The notes under the pieces: model-generated
Told to the model about the DNA's origin: nothing
Database searches by the model: none
What the model saw: the letters and a program-made list of their open reading frames with translations, nothing else
Part shown: positions 55,801 through 64,000 of the stretch, piece by piece
How positions within the stretch are numbered: position 1 is the first letter of the stretch
Layout: every line of letters begins with the position of its first letter
Program-made: the position numbers and the translations under genes
Source: Ruditapes philippinarum
Lineage: Eukaryota
Assembly: GCF_026571515.1 (NCBI RefSeq)
Contig: NW_026857404.1
Location: 1-64,000, forward strand
Length of the DNA stretch: 64,000 bases
Reading direction: 5' to 3'

Positions 55801-58800
55801 CACCACCACCACGTGGCTGTTCTTCGCTCATAATTACACAAGCAGACGAAAAAAGAAAATACGTTTGTGTATAGCCGGCTGCCCAAAGCTGAATGAGCGA
55901 TATACACTTACTTATTCAAGCACGTAAACTTCGTGCATCATAATACTGGCGACACCTATCGGAAATATAAATCGGACGAAGGGAAATTAATTTTCTACTA
56001 ATTCATTGCATTCAAACTTAGAAAATTACATATCTCGCTGTCTATTAAGAAGAGCCAGTGCGCTCGACTATTCTCAGTGCTTGATAATAAAATTAGAGCC
56101 TAAATAATGTAGATATTTTCAAAGTTCAAAGGGACCATGGTTCTGTAAAAATTCACAATTACAATAGCTCTCCCTATTTTTTTAATAGTCGAGCGTAAAC
56201 AAGAGATTTAGGCAATCTTAAATCGCAACAGGCGATACTTTAACTACCTCAAAAAGGACACCATAGAAACCGTCAGAATGTTGTAGCGAACTTGAAAGTA
56301 AATTCAGTTCGTCGAGAAATGAATCAAATAAAATGGATGGCCATTTCTAGGAACATAGGAACATAGTTACAGTTAATTTTAGCATTGACGAAACTAACAG
56401 TTGCTCATTGGATGATGAACGCTATCTTTTTTGCATATCGCTTGACATTCTATAAAAAACAACAACATCAACATGACCTTTACTGGTCCCAGGGCCCCAA
56501 ATCAACAAAAATATCAACGGCCATATACAGCATATGGCAAGCTGAGCTTGTGAATAAGGACACTTACAAAATTTTGGGTCAAAAAAATTATCCATATAAC
56601 ATTGACGTAAAACATGTTCAGAGACGGTTTCAATGTTGAATGACATAATTGATTTATCTGATGAAGGCAGCTATTTTAACATTATTTATCATAAATGAAA
56701 GTGAATTCTGTCCGATTGAAATAAGTGCACGAAAATTCCGTGCGAATAAATTTCACTGCTCACAGCTTTAAGGCCATGCAAATATTTCCAATAGTTTTAT
56801 ATTTTACAACACCATACATTTTTATTTCAATTAGAATTATTTATAATTAAATGTGTTTATTAAATTATCTTTTCTTTAGACTTAAACGTCGTATAAGTCA
56901 GGTTCAGTTACTCGTATTTTCTTCAAAAGTGTCTTCTCACAAACGTAAGAAGACAGTTCGTTAGGACGAACAACAATCTATCCTCGGCTTCGCCTCGGAC
57001 AATTTGTTGTTTAGCCTAGCAAACTGTCTTCTTAAGTGTGTAAGAAGACACTTTTAAAGAAAAACTCGTACTGTATCCATTACGTCTAATGTACATTTGA
57101 TTATTTTTAATGGAATAGCGTGGTGCGTTTTGTGCCGTACCAACACAGTAGAGGTCATATGGCGACTTTCCAGCTTCACTGTTGAAAGAAACCCCCGGAC
57201 CCTCCTCCGTGAATTATTTCAACTACTCACGAGCGGGCATCTGAGTAAAACCACTGACATGTAGGTTTGAAATTAAAGCCTTTACCACGAAAAGATATGC
57301 AAAAGATCGTTCACTCTATATCCTATAATGTATATTAACGAATGAGGGGTAATTTGAATTGGAAAATATAGTGTTTTGCGCAGTTTATCATTATACAATG
57401 AATAATGTACAGCCATAGGTTTTTGATTAACTTGCTTTGTGAAAAAAGTGCAACCACACAAGGTACAACAAATTCGCCATGTTTCATGAAAATGATTATT
57501 TCTGAACATAAATAAAATGCACCGAATTAAATGTAAAATAACGCTCCCTGGACAATAATCTTATTTGAAAAACTACCATTACCGACACGCGAAAATACTA
57601 ACATTTGTATATACGTTTTATTTTATTTTATTGATTTTTAGACGCAACATCATAATGAGATAAAGTTTGTTTACCAATGTGATATACACTTAAATGTGTT
57701 GCGTATATTATACAACCATAATTTATTCAATCTGTGACAAAAACAATTCTACATAACCAATAAATCTGCGGAATTCTTCAGGGAAAGTATAAAAAGAACA
57801 AGACTAAAGCACAGTACATTTGGTTAACATTATATTAATTTTTTGTAAAAAAATTATAAACCAATTGCTTTATCACTTACAATGAGATTTTGTTACACAA
57901 CACAAAAATCAGGATATAGATTTGGGGAAATATTCGAAACGTTTAAGTATTTATTTTATATCTAATTTAATATGAACAAAAGGGCCAAGAATAGTTTAGA
58001 AAGAACTATTCGTTTTTTGTTTTGGTTTTTTAGGTTTGGAAACATCGAATAAAATTACCTTTTTTATTTGCGTCAGACAATTCTTCCGTTAGATCATGTA
58101 AAGACTCGGTTATGATGTTAATTTCTTCATACATTGTTTTGTTGATGTTCACTGTCACTTCTTTCATCGTCTCAATAGACTTGTCACATCTTTTAACGAA
58201 CGTTTTATTATATTTTTCCATTCGGCTTTCTGTTTCAGTCCTCATTTCACTAACAGAATTGTTGATGTTTTCAACTGCACCTTTCAATACCGTCACAAAC
58301 TTTTTCCGGATCCGTTTTTCAGAGGATAATGTTTTCTTCACAATCGTCCCTAACAAATGTTTGTCGGTATCACTTTTCTTTAAATCTTGAACTTGAAGAG
58401 AAAGAGTCGTCAGGTTTGTTTCAATTTGGTCTAAAAGTCCAGATTTTTCAGTTGCTTGAGTAACGTCTGTACTGATCACATCTTTTATTTTCAAGAGGGA
58501 TGCAATACTTGTTACTTTAGCTTCTAAGGAATCAATTCTAACTAAATCTTTATTGTCTCTATCTTGATCACCAGGTGTCGATTGCCCGCCAGGTTCTGTC
58601 AAACGAAATAACATATGTTTTTATATGCATAAAGAGTAACAAGCTTCTAATGTTCAATAACGTATCTTTTGTATTCGTGGCATTCCATTGTTTAAACTTT
58701 AGACTACATAATTTGACCATGGTAAAATCCACTACATAATGTGTTTGTTAATTACCTAATTTCAAGGCAATGCGATTCCGGAGAAGATGTTTTAAACAAT

Positions 58801-61800
58801 GCACAGTGAAATACATTTCGAGCTACATTAGAACAATTTTAAAAAGCTTTTTTCCAAGACATATTTACCAAATTGCGAAAATTTGCCTCGAAGTTTCAGA
58901 AGAGCTGGTTTTTTCAAAGAAACAACGAACAACCAACTTTCCTAACTGCTCAGGGTATCACTGCATGGTAAGCTAAATTGTTATAAACCCATACCTAAGA
59001 CTTCAAAAGGGTATCATTTTATTTCTGGAAAACCTTGTTGTCTTATTACAATTTTTGAAACCTTAATTATTGACTATATAGGTCAACTATCTTTCGTCTT
59101 TTGCAGTTTGTGTGTTAGTAATGTTTTAGTCATTAAATATTTGTATGAAAGACTAAAATAGTTTTTTTTACGTTTTAAAAGGTTTTACTTCATTTTAACC
59201 ATCAAATGCTATTTCATTCACATGACAATGTTTGGACATTCATTAAACCTATTATCTACACATTTCTAAACTGATGTGGTTTATCTGTATACGAATATTC
59301 ATATTCATTTCTTTCTTATGCTTAAGTTGCCTTTATGGCATTATACCAACATTTCAAAAGATTTGAATAAGAAGTATTAGATCGTGTATAAAACAAGAAC
59401 GTGTTTGTTAAACACAAATGCTCCCGACCGAGGTACCAACAGATAGTAACGGAGAAAATTTGCTAAAAATGTAATCACAGTTAAAAAAAACTTTGCAGAG
59501 TCATGACCTTTTGTTCTTGTAAAATTACATTTAATGAAGCTGAAAATAATTCAGTTTACTGATAAGAATTATTGACATATAATCAAATGCAATTCATAAA
59601 CATTCAACCAAGTGACACCTAAACTCCACCCAAAATTTAAGGATCATCTTGCATTTTTTTCTTTCCAAATATGAAAGAACTTTAAAAATGGCTGAATAAA
59701 ATAAAATCTTTTTTTTTTTTTTTGGTTTTGGTGACCTTGACCTTAATCTAAATGACCCCTAACTATAATCGTAGGAAGAGAACCAGCCTAGGCATGTCCC
59801 TGTAAGACATGAAGGATACCAGTTTATAAATACAGGACTGTTTAAAAATGTATCTATGTTCTTTTTTAATCCACTTACCTTGACCTTGACCCCAAACTTC
59901 ACCTAAAGTTTTAGGACATATGGAAAACTAGATGTATCACTAAAAATGATTCGTGAGACTGACCTGCCACAATGACATTTCGAAAAATAGGTGGGAAAAA
60001 TATGAACTTGGTCTATATTGTATGATGTTCCATCTGTGTACCAATAATCATTACAATCGATTGCCTGGTTAGTATTATCATCTAAAACCTTATATTTGTA
60101 AAAAATGAGATAAAAAAGGGAATCACAAATTTCCCGCCCCAGATTCTTGTCAGTAACAATGTTTCAAAAGAGGTTTAATCATTCACAGAGTTATGCACAA
60201 CAAATTTGTAAAAAATGTAAACGCAGCTATATAACTTGATAGCGTCATGATGTTTTGTTTTGTTATTGTAATAAGTTGACATGTTATTGTTATTTGATAC
60301 ACTTTCTGGAAGACGAGTCCCTTGGAAGCATTGATCACAACAGAATCATATCAAAATTGCAAGCTTTGTTTGATTGAAAATCAAACTCCACCAATACTTA
60401 AAGGATCAACTTTGGTATATTCCATCTCAATATGAAACATTAGTATGAAAACAAACAAAAGGTGTAAAAGAAAAGTGTGAAAAATCTATTGTTAGCACAG
60501 GTGACCTTGACCTTGTGACGCCCAACACTGGTCCATCCAAGGTATGGCCCTTTGAAATATGAACAATATATTTTATAACATCTTTTAACGGATGACAAAG
60601 CCACAGTCTGGACAAAAATAATAACATTCAACCTTAATTGAGACCATGACCTTTTAGAAATTTAAATGGGCCTTAGAAGACGTGAACGTCGTTTTGATGT
60701 GGCAGACAATTTCAATGCATAAAAATTACAGTCCAGACACAAATGCGTGTACCTCAAAACTCTAGTTGTAATAATGTAAACATTTAAACTGTAAGTGTAA
60801 CTTTGACCTTTGAGTTAGGGACATGGGCCTAAGATGCAACACACAATCACGATGCAGTAGACGTTTTTCTTGAGTAAACTTAAAATTCTTCAATGCATGA
60901 CAAAGTTAATTCCGAAAACGAATGTTGTGTAAGTGGGGACTCACATACAGACGGACGGTACGATTTTAATATGCCGCCCTTCTTGGGCCCTTCAGAATTT
61001 GCATTAAACCTGTATATGATCATTTAACATTTATGTATAAAACATTATTACAATCTATTGTCTAATTAAAAGTTATGATAAGAAACAAGAGAGTAATTAA
61101 GGCCCTTAATTGCTCATCTAATTAGATAGTTCAAATATACATGATTATTTTGACAGTGTGAAGGGGTTGGTGCATTAAAAGGAAAAAATTGTTGAATTGA
61201 TACCTTTCATATAATTTTGGCGTAACTGATTCTACACTGTACAAATCTTTTAAATGGTGAAGTTTTCATTTTTAGCTCTAGTGGCAATCTTCTTCTGGAA
61301 ATCGGAACCATTTGAGCAATTTTTTAGAGGGCCACCCAAAGACCATTTACATAGTGTCATAAAAATCGACCAAATAGTTTTAAGGAGATGTTGTTTAAAA
61401 GAGTTTTATTAATTTTAACTCTGGCAGCTATTTTAGTCAAGAGATCGGAACCTTTTAAGCAATCATTATGGAAAACTATACAAAGATCGTTCCTGTACAG
61501 TTTCATCAAAATTTACCCGATAGTCAATGTGAAGATGCGGTTAACTTTTAATTCTATTTCTAGATCTAGCAGTCATTTTATTTAGCTGGTACAATTTTAG
61601 CACTTTCCATGACTAAGAATTATGATAAAATAGCTATATGGTACCTTATAGATGATTGACTTATAATTTTCCTTTTCAATTTTAGCTTGGTAATCTCTTT
61701 AAGAAGACCGGAACCATTTGAGCAATTACTATAGTCGACTACCCATGGGCAATCCTTATTTAGTTCATCAAAATTTACCCAAAAATAAAGAATGAAGTGC

Positions 61801-63949
61801 CTATTAAAGGTTTCTAAATTTCAAGCATGGAGGTAAATTTGCTCGGCCGACCATTTGAGCAATTTTATAGAAAACTATACAAGGATAATTCTTGCAGTGT
61901 ATTTATGGAAATTAACGAACTAATTAAGGAGTATTTTTTCTATTTTAGCTTGTTCTTTAGACCAAAACAATTTTAGCAATATTAGTAAAGTACTGTCCAA
62001 TGATCATTTCATAAACAATTCAGATGTGGATTGAACACTTTCTTTTCTTATAAGCACTGGTGGCGATCTTGCTTAACAGACCGGAAAATATGTGCAAGTT
62101 TTATGTCAAGGTCCATCTAAGGATCACTCCTGTATGGTTTTATCAAAGTCTACCCAAAAGTTATTGATATGTCATTTAAAGTCTTTTTTATTTTTAGCTC
62201 TGACGGCCATTTTGTTATTTCTGTAGAGTTTCATCACATTCTATTTATCAATTAAGGATATGGTGTCACTTTCCACTTTTTTTTCTATTTTTAGCACCGG
62301 CAACCATGTTGTTAAAAGAAAACCGGAAGCATTTGAGCAATATTTATGAAGGCCAATCTAAGAATTATTTCTGTAAAGTTTCACCTAATTCTACCAAACA
62401 GTTATTGAAGAAATATCGTTTTAAGGCTTTTCTATTTTTAGCTTTGGCGGCAGTCTTGATCACTAAGAGATTGAGAATATACTAAGGTGAGCTTAAAAAA
62501 AATATTTTACTTTTTCAAAAAGACAAGAAGGAACCGCAACTATGAGTAAAATTAGTGGTCAAAAACCAAATACCAACTTGACCTACAATCTAGGATATTT
62601 GGTCTTAGTACTACAAATGATTATTATGCGTTAGTTTGTCAAAAGTAATCGTCTGGAAACCATTTAATTTGGTAAAATAGTAAAAATATGTTCACATTAG
62701 CATGCTGTATGTAATTTCTCATTTCTAAATATATCATTCGTCCGGTAACTATTTTTTGTGGCAGTGACATTAATCGAGGAGGCCAAAAATAAATCCTAAC
62801 AGAGGTCTATGCATATGATTACTTTTTACCATACCGGGTTCATCATATAATTTGTTTGTTTGTTTGTTAATTTTACGCCTTTTTCCAACAGAATTTCAGT
62901 CATAAAGGCGGGTAGTTTCCTAACCATCGTTCCTGGAGAGTATCACCAGTACTAGACTACCTTCCTCTGCGCTAAACTACCCACGCCAGAGAGGTAACTG
63001 GATAAGAAGTTATCGACTTTAACCCCTCGACCACGGAGGCGGTCGGTTCATCATATAAGGTTATTATATACCAAATAGAGAAAATAAAACTCCCTAAAGA
63101 AAGCCCAAAACGACAAAATTGAAACTGTTGCAGGCTCGGTTTGATTGAGCCTGTTCATGGACGATACCGTAAAGTGCAAACTACCGTCCACGCCCCCTAG
63201 CACCGGCTTAAGCCGAATTCAACATTTTAACATGAAGTGGTATTATTTTGAATTTAGAAACATCCGCAGATGTGTTCATACGGTGATTATCATGGAGCCT
63301 TCAATGTGGCACAGTAGTGCCATTCCATGAAAAGCGGTGTATTGTCCCCAAGTAATAGAAAGCGTGTGCCCTTAACGAGAAAACGATGGGCAGAATCAAG
63401 TTCGATTACAATATCTCATTGCTGACCGGACTATTTTTATATTTGAAGTTACAGTGACTTTTGCTCAGGGGATCCAACAGTTATCCCAACCGAGCTCTTC
63501 ATATTACTAGAAGCTTGTTGCATACCACGTTTAAATACAATATATCTGAGTAAATTATGAAACCATAAGTACAAATAGAACTTAATATATATCCAGTTTG
63601 AGGCTCACCTCGCACGAACAGACAGACAAACGTTCCTATTTTTATATTCACGGGTACATACAAAGACATGAATCATGGCAGACAATATTTTTATGTTACA
63701 ATAAAATGAAGGCAATAATAGATTACCTTGACTTGATGCCTTGTTGTTTGGTTCTGACAAATGCCTCTTTGAAGCTTCTAATCTCCTAAGCCGGGAGTTC
63801 ATTTTTGAAATCTCGAACTTATTTTGAAAAATCTCTTTCTGCATATATTCTTGTAGCTCCATGATAGATTTACAATCACAGTCCGTGTCACAATTTGTTC
63901 CATTAACAATAATTGTAACAATGACAATGACAAGTTTTATTTTATCCAT
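16429..63949 (-). CDS. Multi-exon gene for a secreted coiled-coil / 10x TSR / C1q-domain protein (~960 aa)
   Basis: Exons 63727-63949 (223 nt), 63609-63635 (27), 58059-58595 (537), ten TSR exons (nominally 168 each) and 16429-16844 (416). All readable junctions are GT-AG, phase 1. Nominal sum is 2883 nt = 961 codons including the stop. Joining of the exons is inferred, with no transcript evidence. Confidence 0.8.
17035..17410. repeat. Degenerate ~32-bp minisatellite
   Basis: Recurring aaatac-x-cacgaattc-x-caacac cores. Confidence 0.45.
17947..18406 (+). repeat. Source copy of a 460-bp segment duplicated in inverted, permuted form at 20340-20803
   Basis: Near-identical reverse complement in two blocks. 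The ORF track shows the same peptide tail ([19 protein letters not shown]) on opposite strands. Confidence 0.92.
18845..19004 (-). mobile_element. tRNA-derived SINE
   Basis: A-box tggccgagtgg; central tttccttgagcaagaaacttta...ctcagtactggttggttccaggaacggattcg. Confidence 0.7.
20340..20803 (-). repeat. Inverted, circularly permuted copy of 17947-18406
   Basis: rc(17947-18237) is followed by rc(18232-18406); aaaaat is duplicated at both ends. Confidence 0.92.
22069..22236 (-). CDS. TSR exon 10 (most divergent copy)
   Basis: 168 nt; [56 protein letters not shown]. Confidence 0.9.
23160..23288. repeat. Imperfect palindrome (MITE-like)
   Basis: ttggagtgatata...tatgtggatatatta pairs with taatatatccacata...tatatcactccaa. 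Confidence 0.65.
25375..27562 (+). mobile_element. Helentron-type element with ~158-bp tgaccttgacc satellite array
   Basis: About 10 diverged units (gggttgtcaagttattgatc...aaggtcaatatgaccttgacctttgacc...aatcaataggggtcatctactggcc), then (GACG)n at 27476-27495, hairpin cccc-N-gggg and ataaa. Interrupted at ~25610-25980. Confidence 0.75.
28622..28945. mobile_element. Palindromic (hairpin) MITE; related copies at ~33170, 36590, 45110, 50800
   Basis: Arms ctgaatttattgaacgagttgaataaa / tttattcaacgagttcaataaattcag surround gcgagcctttggcgagc. Confidence 0.7.
29110..29277 (-). CDS. TSR exon 9
   Basis: 168 nt; [11 protein letters not shown]...[16 protein letters not shown]; GT-AG intact. Confidence 0.9.
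30839..31006 (-). CDS. TSR exon 8
   Basis: 168 nt; [11 protein letters not shown]...[11 protein letters not shown]...NKNQCA; GT-AG intact. Not called in this frame by the ORF track. Confidence 0.9.
33432..33599 (-). CDS. TSR exon 7
   Basis: 168 nt; [11 protein letters not shown]...GKYC...NKNQCA; GT-AG intact. Confidence 0.9.
34290..34535 (-). mobile_element. tRNA-derived SINE remnant carried by each repeat unit (also at ~57120-57260)
   Basis: Minus-strand head gagtagttaagg...cctcgccac...g(t/c)gcgaatccc and conserved body ggaaagtcgccatatgacc...gttggtacgacataaaa. Confidence 0.55.
34760..35745 (+). mobile_element. Helentron-type non-autonomous element with internal ~159-bp tandem repeats (representative copy; others at ~30455, 31915, 38520, 40080, 41330, 43080, 47058, 48820)
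   Basis: Unit aaaatttcctaccattgaccataaatgtc...gagaaaactgttac is repeated about 1.5-6 times and followed, in complete copies, by a (CCGC/CCTG)n microsatellite. This is the usual layout of bivalve Helentron-derived satellite carriers. Confidence 0.65.
37196..37363 (-). CDS. TSR exon 6
   Basis: 168 nt; [20 protein letters not shown]...GKYC...NKNQCA; GT-AG intact. Confidence 0.9.
38923..39090 (-). CDS. TSR exon 5
   Basis: 168 nt; ...[28 protein letters not shown]; GT-AG intact. Confidence 0.9.
41730..41899 (-). CDS. TSR exon 4 (two 1-nt homopolymer insertions, probably consensus errors)
   Basis: 170 nt. An extra t in ggtttttggg and an extra a in agaaacat; otherwise matches the other TSR exons. 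Confidence 0.7.
45729..45912 (-). CDS. TSR exon 3 (unreadable; lies in corrupted sequence)
   Basis: Recognisable remnants (ttagccgact, catgaacccc, aacttgacc, accatct) sit at the expected unit position, but the block is full of homopolymer expansions. Confidence 0.5.
47463..47630 (-). CDS. TSR exon 2
   Basis: 168 nt, intact splice sites. Variants SNPKPS and DGSPFET. Confidence 0.85.
51411..51578 (-). CDS. TSR exon 1
   Basis: [56 protein letters not shown]. tttag|AT acceptor, G|gtatat donor, 168 nt. Confidence 0.9.
52385..53298 (-). pseudogene. Tyrosine recombinase remnant
   Basis: [75 protein letters not shown]: catalytic R...HxxR...HGRW boxes, now frameshifted. Confidence 0.88.
53560..55000 (-). 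pseudogene. RT / RNase H / methyltransferase-like remnant
   Basis: RT: [32 protein letters not shown]. RNase H: [30 protein letters not shown]-like: [39 protein letters not shown]. Confidence 0.85.
55238..55831 (-). pseudogene. gag-like ORF1 of the YR retrotransposon
   Basis: [12 protein letters not shown]...[38 protein letters not shown] is the typical gag pattern of invertebrate DIRS/Ngaro elements. Confidence 0.8.
56917..57063. repeat. ~146-bp imperfect palindrome centred on cctcggcttcgcctcgg
   Basis: Left arm ttttcttcaaaagtgtcttctcac...; the reverse complement of the right arm reads ttttctttaaaagtgtcttcttac... Confidence 0.8.
58059..58595 (-). CDS. Coiled-coil exon (179 codons)
   Basis: Open frame within ORF 58030-58614 with acceptor tttgacag|AA and donor AAAG|gtaatt, phase 1-1. 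Heptad-like segments [56 protein letters not shown]. Confidence 0.85.
59392..60995 (+). mobile_element. Old Helentron-type element(s) with tgaccttgacc motifs
   Basis: Begins aacaaga, has scattered gtgaccttgacc cores and ends cagacggacgg...atatgccgccc. Confidence 0.5.
61084..62500 (+). mobile_element. Helentron-type element with ~120-bp tandem repeats
   Basis: Begins aacaagag and ends ggtgagcttaaaaa. About 10 diverged units of ttttctatttttagctctggcggccat...ggaaccatttgagcaatt. Confidence 0.6.
62851..63046 (-). mobile_element. tRNA-derived SINE with (AAAC)n tail
   Basis: Head accgcctccgtggtcgaggggttaaag, 3-prime end ggcgtaaaattaacaaacaaacaaacaaa. Confidence 0.65.
63609..63635 (-). CDS. 27-nt phase 1-1 micro-exon (GTFVCLFVR)
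   Basis: aaatag|GAACG...GCGAG|gtgagc, following a 91-nt intron. The donor is conserved in the paralogue (33-nt exon at 4327-4359). Confidence 0.5.
63727..63949 (-). CDS. First coding exon: signal peptide + short Cys motif + coiled coil
   Basis: [61 protein letters not shown]...SSQ. Hydrophobic N-terminus, heptad-like L/M/I spacing, donor CAAG|gtaatc. A close paralogous exon lies at 4445-4664. Confidence 0.85.
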
Positions 63950-64000
63950 TTTAAATTTTTTCGTTCACAGATATATGGCCTTTTTCACTTGCTGTAAATT

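Larger units (their letters stand above)
52175..56031 (-). mobile_element. Decayed DIRS/Ngaro-type tyrosine-recombinase retrotransposon (~3.9 kb, RT 5-prime part deleted)
   Basis: Domains lie in the order gag, RT, RNase H, methyltransferase-like, YR. Boundaries were fixed by comparison with the empty site at 15273-15289. No target-site duplication. Confidence 0.9.

Noticed and set aside
52175-56031. Idea that the YR element drives somatic rearrangement of the TSR cassettes
   Set aside because: The recombinase is frameshifted and no recombination-signal-like sites flank the exons; unit junctions are explained by microhomology and unequal crossing-over.
58112-58390. 92-aa hydrophobic plus-strand ORF; also 4316-4504 and 63598-63789
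   Set aside because: Antisense shadows of real minus-strand exons.

Overview
AT-rich animal genomic DNA, most likely a bivalve mollusc, judged from the repeat families and the coiled-coil-type C1q gene. The window is dominated by one ~47.5 kb minus-strand gene (ATG 63949 to TAG 16429) reconstructed from GT-AG sites. Its order is signal peptide/short coiled coil, a 27-nt micro-exon, a 537-nt coiled-coil exon, ten near-identical thrombospondin type-1 (TSR) exons (168 nt where intact) and a terminal globular C1q exon. Every coding intron is phase 1, and the product is ~960 aa if all ten TSR exons are real and included. The TSR exons lie in a young, still-evolving tandem array of 1.7-4 kb intron+exon units. 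About 11.8 kb downstream, a head-to-tail paralogue begins (ATG 4664) with a TATA/Inr promoter carrying clustered STAT (GAS) motifs. Other features: a decayed DIRS/Ngaro tyrosine-recombinase retrotransposon whose empty target site is also in the window, a 460-bp segment re-inserted inverted and circularly permuted, a decayed OTU + Sola1-like transposon, a Kolobok-type MITE, Helentron-type satellite-bearing elements, SINEs and palindromic MITEs. Several stretches (1-900, 1780-2220, 2720-3990, 43320-43760, 45580-46860, 53850-54010, 54340-54720) look like homopolymer-corrupted low-quality consensus, so the TSR copy number needs read-level confirmation.
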